From positions 1-64,000 of IMG/VR virus record IMGVR_UViG_3300018080_000002: 64,000 bases of DNA; one strand, given 5' to 3'. The DNA is from a virus. Shown piece after piece: positions 12,635-21,811 of this stretch. The notes under the pieces are model-generated. The model saw nothing but the letters and a program-made list of their open reading frames with translations. It was not told where the DNA came from and ran no database searches. How positions within the stretch are numbered: the first letter of the stretch is position 1; every line of letters starts with the position of its first letter. Made by a program: the position numbers and the translations under genes.

Positions 12635-13063
12635 TTGACGCTTATGAAGAGGTTTATTGTAATGTCTGAAAACAACAAAGAGGACACGGTATTTTCGAGG
12701 TTATTGAGTGAGATCGATGCTCACAAAAACTCTGGTAACAAAGGTTATCCTTTGCCTCTCCGCAAAAAAATCATGGATTACATTTCTACAACCAACATCA
12801 CCATTAATAATTTTGGGATAAGATCTGGGATTACTCCTGGCACTATTGGTCGTTGGTTTAAAGAGGATGGAGATGTTGAGGAGCCTAAAAAGAAAGAGCC
12901 AGTACCATTGTTAAATCCGGTTCCTAAAAGAGATCCGGTATCTGAAATTAGTAACCCAAAGCCAGTTGTAGATGTTAAGGCGACCATCAGAGTTGATGGA
13001 TTTGAGGTTGATGTGCCTATTAGTCATCTAGGATTGGTTTTAAAACAATTGCGTAATTCGTAA
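12635..13063 (+). CDS. HTH-containing protein
   Basis: YPLPLRKKI..INNFGIRSGITPGTIGRWFK resembles an HTH. Confidence 0.4.
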   Translation: MTLMKRFIVMSENNKEDTVFSRLLSEIDAHKNSGNKGYPLPLRKKIMDYISTTNITINNFGIRSGITPGTIGRWFKEDGDVEEPKKKEPVPLLNPVPKRDPVSEISNPKPVVDVKATIRVDGFEVDVPISHLGLVLKQLRNS

Positions 13064-13370
13064 AAGGAGGATTTTTGAAATGATGATCGTAGGACACATA
13101 GAGAAAAATGGAGTTAAGTTTACAGCTAGATGCGTCCCTATTGTGAAACGTAAGGGGTACGACAAACTGGGCTATCAGATTATTAGGTATGGAGACCATC
13201 AGGAATCTGAGGATAACATTTTTGATTTTATGATTTTAGATAGCATGTTGCCTCTTGACATCGATGCTAAGAATTTGGAGAAAGCCAGAGATCAGTTGAT
13301 CGAAATGTTAGGCAATAACTATTGTTCGTGTTGTTCGGTAGATAGGGATGCGAAAAAGTAGGAGTTATTA

Positions 13371-13781
13371 ATGGAATGTGATGTTTCTTGGGATGAGTGT
13401 ATTAAACGGTTTGAGCAGGAACAGATCATTGACAATATAGGGAAACATTTCAACCTAGTTGAGAAACGATATGATGGTTATAGATGGATGCACAATCTGT
13501 CTAAGGATTTGAGTGCTATCATGTCGTTCTCATATAGGGGTGAACAGGTTTGGAAACACGTATCGTTTGCTAGGCGAAAACAGATGATTCAGTATGAAAA
13601 ACTGGAGGAATTTAAATCGATATTTTGTGGTGACGATGTCTACGCGATGATCGTGTTTCCCCCGAAATCGAAATGGGTGAGCATTCATAAATATTGTGTT
13701 CATCTATGGGAACCGATGGAAACGTATCCGTTACCGGAGTTTTCTGGGTTTTTGCCTGGTAAAAATTTTAGGAGTATTTGA
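13371..13781 (+). CDS. Hypothetical phage protein
   Basis: WKHVSF..VFPPKSKWVSIHKYCVHLW, a motif pattern I recall from phage hypothetical proteins. Confidence 0.55.
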   Translation: MECDVSWDECIKRFEQEQIIDNIGKHFNLVEKRYDGYRWMHNLSKDLSAIMSFSYRGEQVWKHVSFARRKQMIQYEKLEEFKSIFCGDDVYAMIVFPPKSKWVSIHKYCVHLWEPMETYPLPEFSGFLPGKNFRSI

Positions 13782-14276
13782 AATCGAATGCGTTTTCGTA
13801 TTGTCGTATAGGAGTAAATTGATGAACAAATTTTTTAATGACAACCAAATGATGAAAAAATTGTCCAAAGTTCTGGTTTTAAATTGTGTCAGAAATACTT
13901 TTCTTGAGGATTTACATGCCGGAATAGTCCCTTCGTCGAAGGCGGGTGATTATAGCGATGTTAAAGTGGTATCACCCTATGGAGAGATCCCTTGGAATAG
14001 ATTGTCTCGGTTAAGTGATGATGAGATGAAGGATCTCATGAAGGAAATAGTAAATAAGGTTTATACTTTATTAGCTGGATTGTCTGTCGAGCAAGATCTT
14101 CCAACCGGGTATTTAGGATATCGTGTCCCTGATGAATGGGATGAGCCAGAGCTAGATGATGAACATATAAGGATATGGGATAAGTATTAATTTGGCTATA
14201 AACCCTTAGTATTGGACTTTGGGTAGAGCATATAATCATTACGCATAGCGTAAATTTCGTACAGGAGTAATGTCGT

Positions 14277-15251
14277 ATGACAGAAAAACAAGAGACTGCT
14301 GTTGCAGCAGAAACCAAAGAACCCGCCAAAAAGAAACCTACGAAGAAAGAGCGTAACTACAAACCGGAGGAAACGAATTGGGTCTACAAAAAGCTGTCGA
14401 TCCATTTGTTGAGACCGCAGTTAGGTACGTGTCCAGAGGCATCGATCTATCATGAGCATATTTTGAAAAAAGCTCAGAAAGAGATCAAAAAAGCGAACAA
14501 ACTTACCGCGAAACTGACGAAAGCACTGCAAAAATACAAGGATGTTGAGGAAATTCCTTTTCAGAAACAGATTGAGGAATTGTCCGGTATCATTCGAGCG
14601 TACCAGGAGATCGTCGGTAAAAAAGAGGACATCCCACAGGCTCTTGATGAATTGCTGGAGTATGCGAAAGAGCTGAAAGAGGAATGTGATGAGCTGCTGA
14701 AAGGTGGTGGAGCGCAATCTGCAACAGTTTTCATGAGAGATAAGGATGGTTGGCCGATGATCAGCACTCACATGATTCTCGGAAACCTGAAAGAGAATTT
14801 AAAAATCGTCGTGAATAACTCGGATCTGCCTAAAGAGAGTAGAATTTTAGCCAGCAAAGTAGCTGTTGGAGAGTCTATGGCTTTAGATATTAAGCCCGTA
14901 GAGCAGTTCATTCGACCATCTAAGGACATTGTAAGAAAACCTGATGGAGAACGAGAGTTGCTAGAACGTCCGATAGTCTTTGATAGGCAGGGAGTGAAAA
15001 CGACAGCAATCGCTATCTCAGAGTATTTGCCAGAGGGTACGGAATATGAGGTACATCTTCGTTGTCGTAAACATTCTCTGGTGTTAGAGGCACTTGAGGA
15101 GCTTTTTGACTACGCCAAGAACAACGGACTGGGTTCCTGGAGAGGGTCTGGAAATATGGGTGCCTATGTTTACAAGCTAGAGGATTTGTCTAAGGAACAG
15201 GCTGATGAGATAGCCATCCCTAAACATTTGAAAGATGCTGGCTGGAAATAG
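14277..15251 (+). CDS. Solitary RAMP / Cas7-like RNA-binding protein
   Basis: RAMP-like beta1 (LSIHLLRPQLG), P-x-I-x(5)-G motif (WPMISTHMILGNLKE), SEYLPEGTEYEVHL, and a C-terminal Gly-rich loop GLGSWRGSGNMGAY; no other cas genes adjacent. Confidence 0.75.
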   Translation: MTEKQETAVAAETKEPAKKKPTKKERNYKPEETNWVYKKLSIHLLRPQLGTCPEASIYHEHILKKAQKEIKKANKLTAKLTKALQKYKDVEEIPFQKQIEELSGIIRAYQEIVGKKEDIPQALDELLEYAKELKEECDELLKGGGAQSATVFMRDKDGWPMISTHMILGNLKENLKIVVNNSDLPKESRILASKVAVGESMALDIKPVEQFIRPSKDIVRKPDGERELLERPIVFDRQGVKTTAIAISEYLPEGTEYEVHLRCRKHSLVLEALEELFDYAKNNGLGSWRGSGNMGAYVYKLEDLSKEQADEIAIPKHLKDAGWK

Positions 15252-15315
15252 TTTCCAGTCTTTGTTTTGACGCTGTCTGTCCTCAATCCGGTCTGAGGTA
15301 AAGTTACAATTGAAT

Positions 15316-16446
15316 AGAGGTGGGATACCCTTATGTTTGATGCGTTCTTGTTCGTTGGTGGTTGAGTGATTTATGGTTGAGTCCTGTGAAGTGTTGGTAA
15401 GATCCGCTCTCATCTTATGATGTATGGTGCTATGTCGGTGGTGTCCGTTAAAGTGGTGTGATATCCAATGGAGCGATGGTTAGGTCAAGTCACACAAGAT
15501 GTTGTTTGGGTGGATTTACGCATGGTCAGGTTGTTTTTTGTGATGGTTTTGGTGATATAGGGCTAAATATTGCAGAGGTATACTTTAGATAGTATAGCGA
15601 GGTTTGGTAGCGGTATAGTGCCTTTTTGCTTGGTCGTATGTCGGTATCATGATGTGCTCTGAAGTACATTAGGGTTACGGTGAAATGTAGCATCGTTATG
15701 AATGTTAGGTCACGGTTCCGTAATTTATGGTCAATTGCGTTTTTGGTTTTATGACGTGATTTTGGGCTATGTTATCTGTGGGTTTTGTATGGTGATCTTT
15801 GACAACGCGGTTTTATGTGACGGTAAGGTGTCGTTGGATGTCATGCGGTTTTGTATTGGTAAGGTGCGATTGGGTTGTGTGAGCCAATGTATCGGCTATG
15901 TAATGTAACTTATAGTTCGGTATTGTCGCATATTGGTGCTATTAAGTAAGGCAAGATATAGTAATGCCTCGGTGAGTTTGGGCTATGCCTGACAAAGTAA
16001 TGTCGCGTGAGGTCTTGGTGATCCGATGTATGGTTCGATGCGTTTTTGTGTTGTTTTGGTGTTGTATGATTCAGTAACATAGAATGACTTTTAGTTTTGG
16101 TGGAATGTTGCGAATCTTTGCAGGATCATTTGGCGGTAAACTAAGGTAGCGTCTTATTTATTGTAGGTGTGGTGGATTAGTGTGGGATACTGTTCTGTGG
16201 GGTTTTGGTAAACTGAGCTGCTATGAGTTGATGTCTTGTTCGGGTAAGATTGCTTTTAGTATTGTAGGGCTGCGTTTAATGCAGGCGATGTGATATCCTG
16301 CTCAGTCCAGTTTTGTTATGGTATTTCTAATGTGATGTGCCTTTCGCTTTGCTCATGTGGAGTATCGGTTTAGTAGAGCAAAGTTAAGCTGCGCCGAGTC
16401 TCGTAGCGGTGAGTCGAAGTCACGCGGGATGTTGCTATGTAGTGGC
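15316..16446 (+). repeat. Non-coding 5-nt-periodic array of (NNNNY)n-NNNGGY units; putative guide-RNA array for the upstream RAMP protein
   Basis: Manual parse gives 185 pentamers all ending in T/C and 32 hexamers all ending GGT/GGC, with only three irregular blocks; unit lengths are mostly 31/36/41/46 nt. Confidence 0.85.
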
Positions 16447-16472
16447 ATCCCATACGTTTGTTTAATTTTTTT
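16426..16472 (+). terminator. Hairpin and T-rich tract closing the array
   Basis: GGGATGTTGCTA / TAGTGGCATCCC stem followed by a T-rich run. Confidence 0.5.
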
Positions 16473-17117
16473 GTAAGGAGTAATGTTTTATGGATCATGT
16501 TCAAGGTGATGCAGGAAGTTATGCAATGTCAACGGCCTTTGAGAATAAACGAAATTTAGCGGTATTGGCTGAGAGAGTATCTGTTTTAGAGAATTTTGTT
16601 TGTGAGAAATTAGGTTTTAATAAGGAGTTGGAGACTGTCAGGAATAGAGAGTTTCATACTCAGATGAAATTGTATGAGGACATGGAGGAGAAAATTGGAG
16701 AACTGAGAGGTCAATACCATCAGGTTAAGGAATCGATGCTGAGAGTTGATAAAACGATATATAAGTTAGCTGATGTCATTGAAAAATTGTCGGATAAATT
16801 GGGTGCAACTGAACCGCCAGTGGAGGGATAGATATGGATTTTGATCTTTGTAAATTCGATATGCCCATTTTTCCGGTGGTAGCGGGACAGCATTATATTG
16901 TTCCGTTTGATTCTGAGTTGAGCAATTGGGTGATTTCGTTTTTTGACTGTGAGCCGTTTCCCTGTAAATTGCAGTTTATCGGTTCCGATGAATCTGAGCC
17001 TGGTTTTGATTTTGAGAGAGGTGTTTTTGTTGCTGGTGGATCGAAATTGAATGCGTATTTTCCAGACGGGCAAAGGGGGGATGTAAGAATAACTGTTAGG
17101 TTGGAGAAAAGAAAAGT

Positions 17118-17813
17118 ATGAAACACGGTGAATGTAGATTTATGCTGGATATTGAGACTACTGGTATCCAGAAAGAGTTGCACGATTTATTGCAGATCGG
17201 GATTTTAGAGATTCGTTGGAACGAGAAATTTGGGTTGTGGGTTCCTGGGAGAACGTTTGAGTTTACGCAGCATTCGAGTCGTCAACCCGAAAGCGCATTC
17301 GCAAAAAAACATATGGTCGAGCTATATGAGAAAAGTAACAATGCTGATTGGATTTCTCGTAGTGAGGTGAGAAAAAACATTCGTAGTTTTTTTCAATCCT
17401 GTGGAGTTGGTTCTCAGCCGTATTATCGTGAGAAAGTGATTATTTCAGGATGGAACGTGAGCGATTTCGATCTGCCATTTCTCTGCTATCACGGTTATCT
17501 TGAGGCTCCAGGATATGTTGTTAAAAACGGAAAAGACGAAGAGGTAGGCGACTACAACTATCGGATAGACGAAATTAGTGGTGCGATCTATTTCGTTGCC
17601 GAGCAATATGGTTTTGATCGTGATAAACTCGTCAAATATATTCAGGACAAGATAGAAAACGGACAAGACTATTTCGAGATGCCAGAGGGTAAAGAGCATG
17701 ATGCGTTGTACGATTGCTATAAACAGGCTAAATTTAAAAACGTGCTATTGAGTTTTTGCAGGGAGTTGAAAGATGGGTTACATGAAAACCTTTCTGAGAT
17801 GGTTTCGTCGTAA
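17118..17813 (+). CDS. DEDDh 3'-5' exonuclease
   Basis: LDIETTG, GWNVSDFDLPFL and HDALYDC motifs. Confidence 0.85.
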   Translation: MKHGECRFMLDIETTGIQKELHDLLQIGILEIRWNEKFGLWVPGRTFEFTQHSSRQPESAFAKKHMVELYEKSNNADWISRSEVRKNIRSFFQSCGVGSQPYYREKVIISGWNVSDFDLPFLCYHGYLEAPGYVVKNGKDEEVGDYNYRIDEISGAIYFVAEQYGFDRDKLVKYIQDKIENGQDYFEMPEGKEHDALYDCYKQAKFKNVLLSFCRELKDGLHENLSEMVSS

Positions 17814-18697
17814 CTGGAAACGGTTGTGGTGCGATCACGATTTGAAAATAATCGGGTTCGCATCAGACGATTATTTTCATATGGAGATTTTCCGGTGTCG
17901 TAAATGCAATGCTATCGTATGTAAAGAGCGAGATAATTTTAATGGTTGAATAACATTATATTATCATTGATAATCTCTTAGCAGTCAAATTGTAATGGAG
18001 GTATATCGTTATGGATATCATGTATCGCATGGATTTTACTACTAAAGACGGTAAAAAACTGTTTTCTTTCAATTCACCATTTGCCATCAAAAAAACGCAG
18101 AAATTTTTAGAGGATGGAATCGTTTACAAAGTTACCAATATCACGAAACGCCAGGGTAGCGATTATGTCGATCTGGGTACGTTGTCGAAACGTCAATTGT
18201 TCAACCTCATCATAACTGTTGAGCCTATTAGCGATTTTACGGGATCGACAAGAGAGATCACGACTGGCATGGAGTTGCAATTATTGCATCGGGTGTATTA
18301 TCTTGAGAACCTTGTGAACAATTTAATTAGGCCGAGAGACCAGAATATGTATGGGTAATGATTATGGTGAAAAACATCAAACAGTGTGTTGAGGATGAGT
18401 TGTTTAGCCGTGGATATCGGAAAATCGTCTATGATAGTATCAGAGTGAAATATCATCTGCTGTATCGTAAATCGTTTAGTCCAGGGCTGAGGATAGATAT
18501 CTGGTACTGCAAATCGTCTGAGCTGTACGAGATGGATCGGGTATGTTTGAATCGGACAGATAATACCTTAGAGATCAACTCCAGTAGGATGTATCAGGTT
18601 TGTGGAGAAAAACTGCTTAGAAAATTGGACGAATATGAGATGAGTATATTAATGTTAAAAAACGGTCACTGATCCAATTCATTCTAAGGAGAAAAAA

Positions 18698-19069
18698 ATG
18701 TATAAAAAAGACGATGTGGTAGTTTTAGAAACGGTAAATGGCTTTTATATCGGGAAAATAGACAGCATTGACAATGACAGTATTAGCATGATGAAAGTAG
18801 CATCGCTGACCATGGTTCCGATTAGTGAGATGCCGCCAGAGATGCAAGCCAAAATTAGAAACAACCCTAATGCCTTTCCTATTGGTATGGGGTCGTTTCC
18901 TCCATTTTACGATACTAGCAAACCGATCAAATTTCTCAGATCTCAGGTGATCACTATGGGGTTGCCCGGAGTCAATGTTGAGCAACTATACACGAAAAAA
19001 ATGAGCGGAATAGTTATTCCTAACGGTCCCTTACCGAAAGAACCCGCAGTTGGTCGTCCCCTTGGCTAG
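18698..19069 (+). CDS. Sm/LSm-like hypothetical protein
   Basis: VVLETVNGFYIGKI beta pattern with an SGIVIP tail. Confidence 0.35.
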   Translation: MYKKDDVVVLETVNGFYIGKIDSIDNDSISMMKVASLTMVPISEMPPEMQAKIRNNPNAFPIGMGSFPPFYDTSKPIKFLRSQVITMGLPGVNVEQLYTKKMSGIVIPNGPLPKEPAVGRPLG

Positions 19070-20158
19070 TAGTTTTAAGTTAAGCTATAGTTATGACTTT
19101 GGGCAATTTTGGGGAGGAATAGGTATGCACATCTCGACTGATAGGAGTCATTCGTTTTCTGAGACTCCGTTTCAATGTTGGAAATATGGCGCGGGTAGTT
19201 TGGCTGGTCTGATGGCAGAGTATCGTTTCACGAATGAGGGAATAGATTCTCTGAACGGTTGGGCTGACCAATTCGATGATGAGGAATTGACAGATGCTCG
19301 TAGGGGTGAGCTGATGTTAGAATTTCGAGACATCATGGAGGATTTGGTCGCTGACGGTCACGCCTGGAAACAAAAAAATGATGAGTTTCGTATTACTGCA
19401 AAATGGTGGTTGACTACCACTCCCCAATCATAATGACATGACAAGGGGGATGGTATGGGTGAGATTCATGGAAAATTAAGGTCTAATTATGTTTATAGTA
19501 ATTTTGAAATTTTTATAGAAACCGGGAAAGGTAATAAGGCTTTTAATAAAGACGTTAGTGTTTTAGAAATGTTTCGATTTTTACATGGTCATGGCATAGG
19601 TGACATTATAGGCGAGATAAAATCAAAGGCAATTTCTAATAAATCTCCAGCTTTATTAATAGTTAGGTTTGATCAAAAAATGGCCAATCGGTTGAAAAAA
19701 TTGAGGGAGCCAGGTTTTCGGTTGTTTAATGAGCAAGAGTTCGATAAATTTGTTTCCGTTTTAGAGAACGTGATCCAGAAAAATTCTGGAGCTGGAGTTT
19801 TAGTCGCTTTAACGTAATTGTTTTTTTTTATGCTGCTAAAAACTTAGGCTCTAAACGGTCTAGGTTTTTTTTTACGTAAAAAACCCCCGAATCTTTTTAG
19901 GAAACGAGGGTTTTTATGGAACCACTTAGTTTGCGCTAAGTAGGATTCCGAAGAACCTCTAAATATACGCCAAGAGGTTCCAAACCGACTACTCTGTGTT
20001 GGAGTAATCGGGTAATTCCATATGAAACAGGCATAGGAATCACGTCATGATCCTATTAAATCCTCTGTTATATTTCAATCACGTTTTATACACAGATCTA
20101 TATTTTTCCTTATTTTTTGATGTTTTTTTTGCACAAGCTGTCTGTTATGGGAGGTCTC

Positions 20159-21811
20159 ATGCAGATTCCTGATGTTATGTTGTTAGATGGCGAACGTAGG
20201 CGTTTAACTCCTTGTGGCACAAAGGTTTACAACTTTTTGGCGAAAGCGTTCGGTTTTGATAAAAAATTTACCACGACATTCGAGTATATAGCTAATGGGT
20301 CAGGAGTAAGCCTGAGTACGGCTAAACGGGTTGTGCCTCATATGGAAAGGGTGGGTTTTTTAGATAAATTTTCCAATGGGTTTAATGTTGAGAAAAATAT
20401 AAATTGCCCGAATAGTTACATACTTAGACCAAAGATAGACGTTAGTTTGACTACTAAAGCCTCTGGTCATTTGATTTGCATCGAAACTCCTGAAAGAATT
20501 TCTACCATAACAAAAATTGCGAATATCATGGATCAGACGTCATCTCTATTGGATGGTCGGTCTGGTGTCAGGGTTGAAGGGTACGACAATTTGGTCAATG
20601 AGGTGTTTAGACTTAACACTGTCAAAGACAGCATTGATGCTCAAATTTCTCTCATAGAAAAGAAAATAGCGAACAGCAACATGACGGTGTCAGAGCCGCG
20701 TCAATTTTGTAGCATGGGTTCAAAAAATGACACCAATACTATACCTGAACCTAATCTATATAATGTAAATTTATATAATAAGAATTTAGACGATTCTAAA
20801 GAATCGCCAGATAATCCTCCCTCTCAGTTTTCTGGGGAAAATGACCGGATAGGAAAAAGGGAAGGAGAGTGCGAGAGTGATGAGAGGGTACGGGACATCC
20901 AGGTAGGATGTGAGAACTCCCCCCCTACCCCCCCCTCAGTCGATTTGACGTTAGTTAGGAACGATGATTTTAGCAATAATTTGGAGATTAAAACGATGGA
21001 TGACAAATTCAGTAGACCGAGCAAGAAAAAAGTGGCGAAAAACGATGATTTTGAGCATGTCAGTGAGATAAATGATGACGAGGTATGTGATAGCCCTCCT
21101 GAGCCTGTAAAACGATCTGAGCGCGTTTTACGGGTTTTAACGGAAACCAAACGGAATACCGAAATTGCGAGGGATGCCAAAACGGCTAAACAGGCGAAAA
21201 AAGCGAAATCGCTGGCGACTAAAAAACCGAAAAAACCGAATATCAGCCAAAACATGATGAATCTGTGGATTGGTCTGGTTCGGGAAAAATTCGGGGTTGT
21301 GGTTCCTCCGTTTATGGGGAAAGAGCGGAATATCATGAAATCCATCTACACCAGGTTAGGTGAGCAGCGGACAATTGAGCTATTGGAATATGCGGTGTCT
21401 AACTGGGATGAATTGCGGACAAGGTATTTCAAACTGAAAGATGGTCCAGGATATCCCGATATCAGCAAACTGGTTTTGGAATCCAACAATATCGTTTTGG
21501 AAATGGAAAACGGTGTCCGACCTATGCCAGTTAAACCGAAACCATGGGAAAAACCCAAAAAACCTGAGTTTAAATCGAAATATCCTCCTGAGCTGTTAGC
21601 CAAAGTGAAAGAGGCTACGTTCAACGAAACCCTCCAGGGTGGTTTTGGGGGTGAGGATAGCAATGGCAATTTGCTGTCTGGGGATGAGAGAAACGAATAT
21701 CTGATAGCATATTACGAGTTTAAAATGAAAAACGGTGGTCGGGAATGCCCATATGAGTTTCATTATGTAGTCCAATCGGCTGATGAACGCAGGAAAAATA
21801 GGTGGAGGTAA
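20159..21811 (+). CDS. Putative phage replication initiator (N-terminal HTH)
   Basis: TFEYIANGSGVSLSTAKRVVPHMERVGFL HTH followed by NSYIL, a disordered linker and a helical C-terminal domain; DnaC-like and DnaB genes lie downstream. Confidence 0.6.
   Translation: MQIPDVMLLDGERRRLTPCGTKVYNFLAKAFGFDKKFTTTFEYIANGSGVSLSTAKRVVPHMERVGFLDKFSNGFNVEKNINCPNSYILRPKIDVSLTTKASGHLICIETPERISTITKIANIMDQTSSLLDGRSGVRVEGYDNLVNEVFRLNTVKDSIDAQISLIEKKIANSNMTVSEPRQFCSMGSKNDTNTIPEPNLYNVNLYNKNLDDSKESPDNPPSQFSGENDRIGKREGECESDERVRDIQVGCENSPPTPPSVDLTLVRNDDFSNNLEIKTMDDKFSRPSKKKVAKNDDFEHVSEINDDEVCDSPPEPVKRSERVLRVLTETKRNTEIARDAKTAKQAKKAKSLATKKPKKPNISQNMMNLWIGLVREKFGVVVPPFMGKERNIMKSIYTRLGEQRTIELLEYAVSNWDELRTRYFKLKDGPGYPDISKLVLESNNIVLEMENGVRPMPVKPKPWEKPKKPEFKSKYPPELLAKVKEATFNETLQGGFGGEDSNGNLLSGDERNEYLIAYYEFKMKNGGRECPYEFHYVVQSADERRKNRWR

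Noticed and set aside
15702-15908. 68-aa ORF inside the periodic array (and minus-strand ORF 15177-15413)
   Set aside because: No RBS, and the odd V/G/C/F-rich composition is explained by the 5-nt register. A period of 5 with +1 resets does not fit codon structure.
15252-16489. Conventional CRISPR array next to the Cas7-like gene
   Set aside because: There is no recurring 23-47 nt direct repeat; only the pentamer register and GGY hexamers recur.
20824-21669. Long minus-strand ORFs here and elsewhere in the ORF track
   Set aside because: They are antisense shadows of + strand genes with no recognisable motifs. Only the reb-like pair is supported on the - strand.
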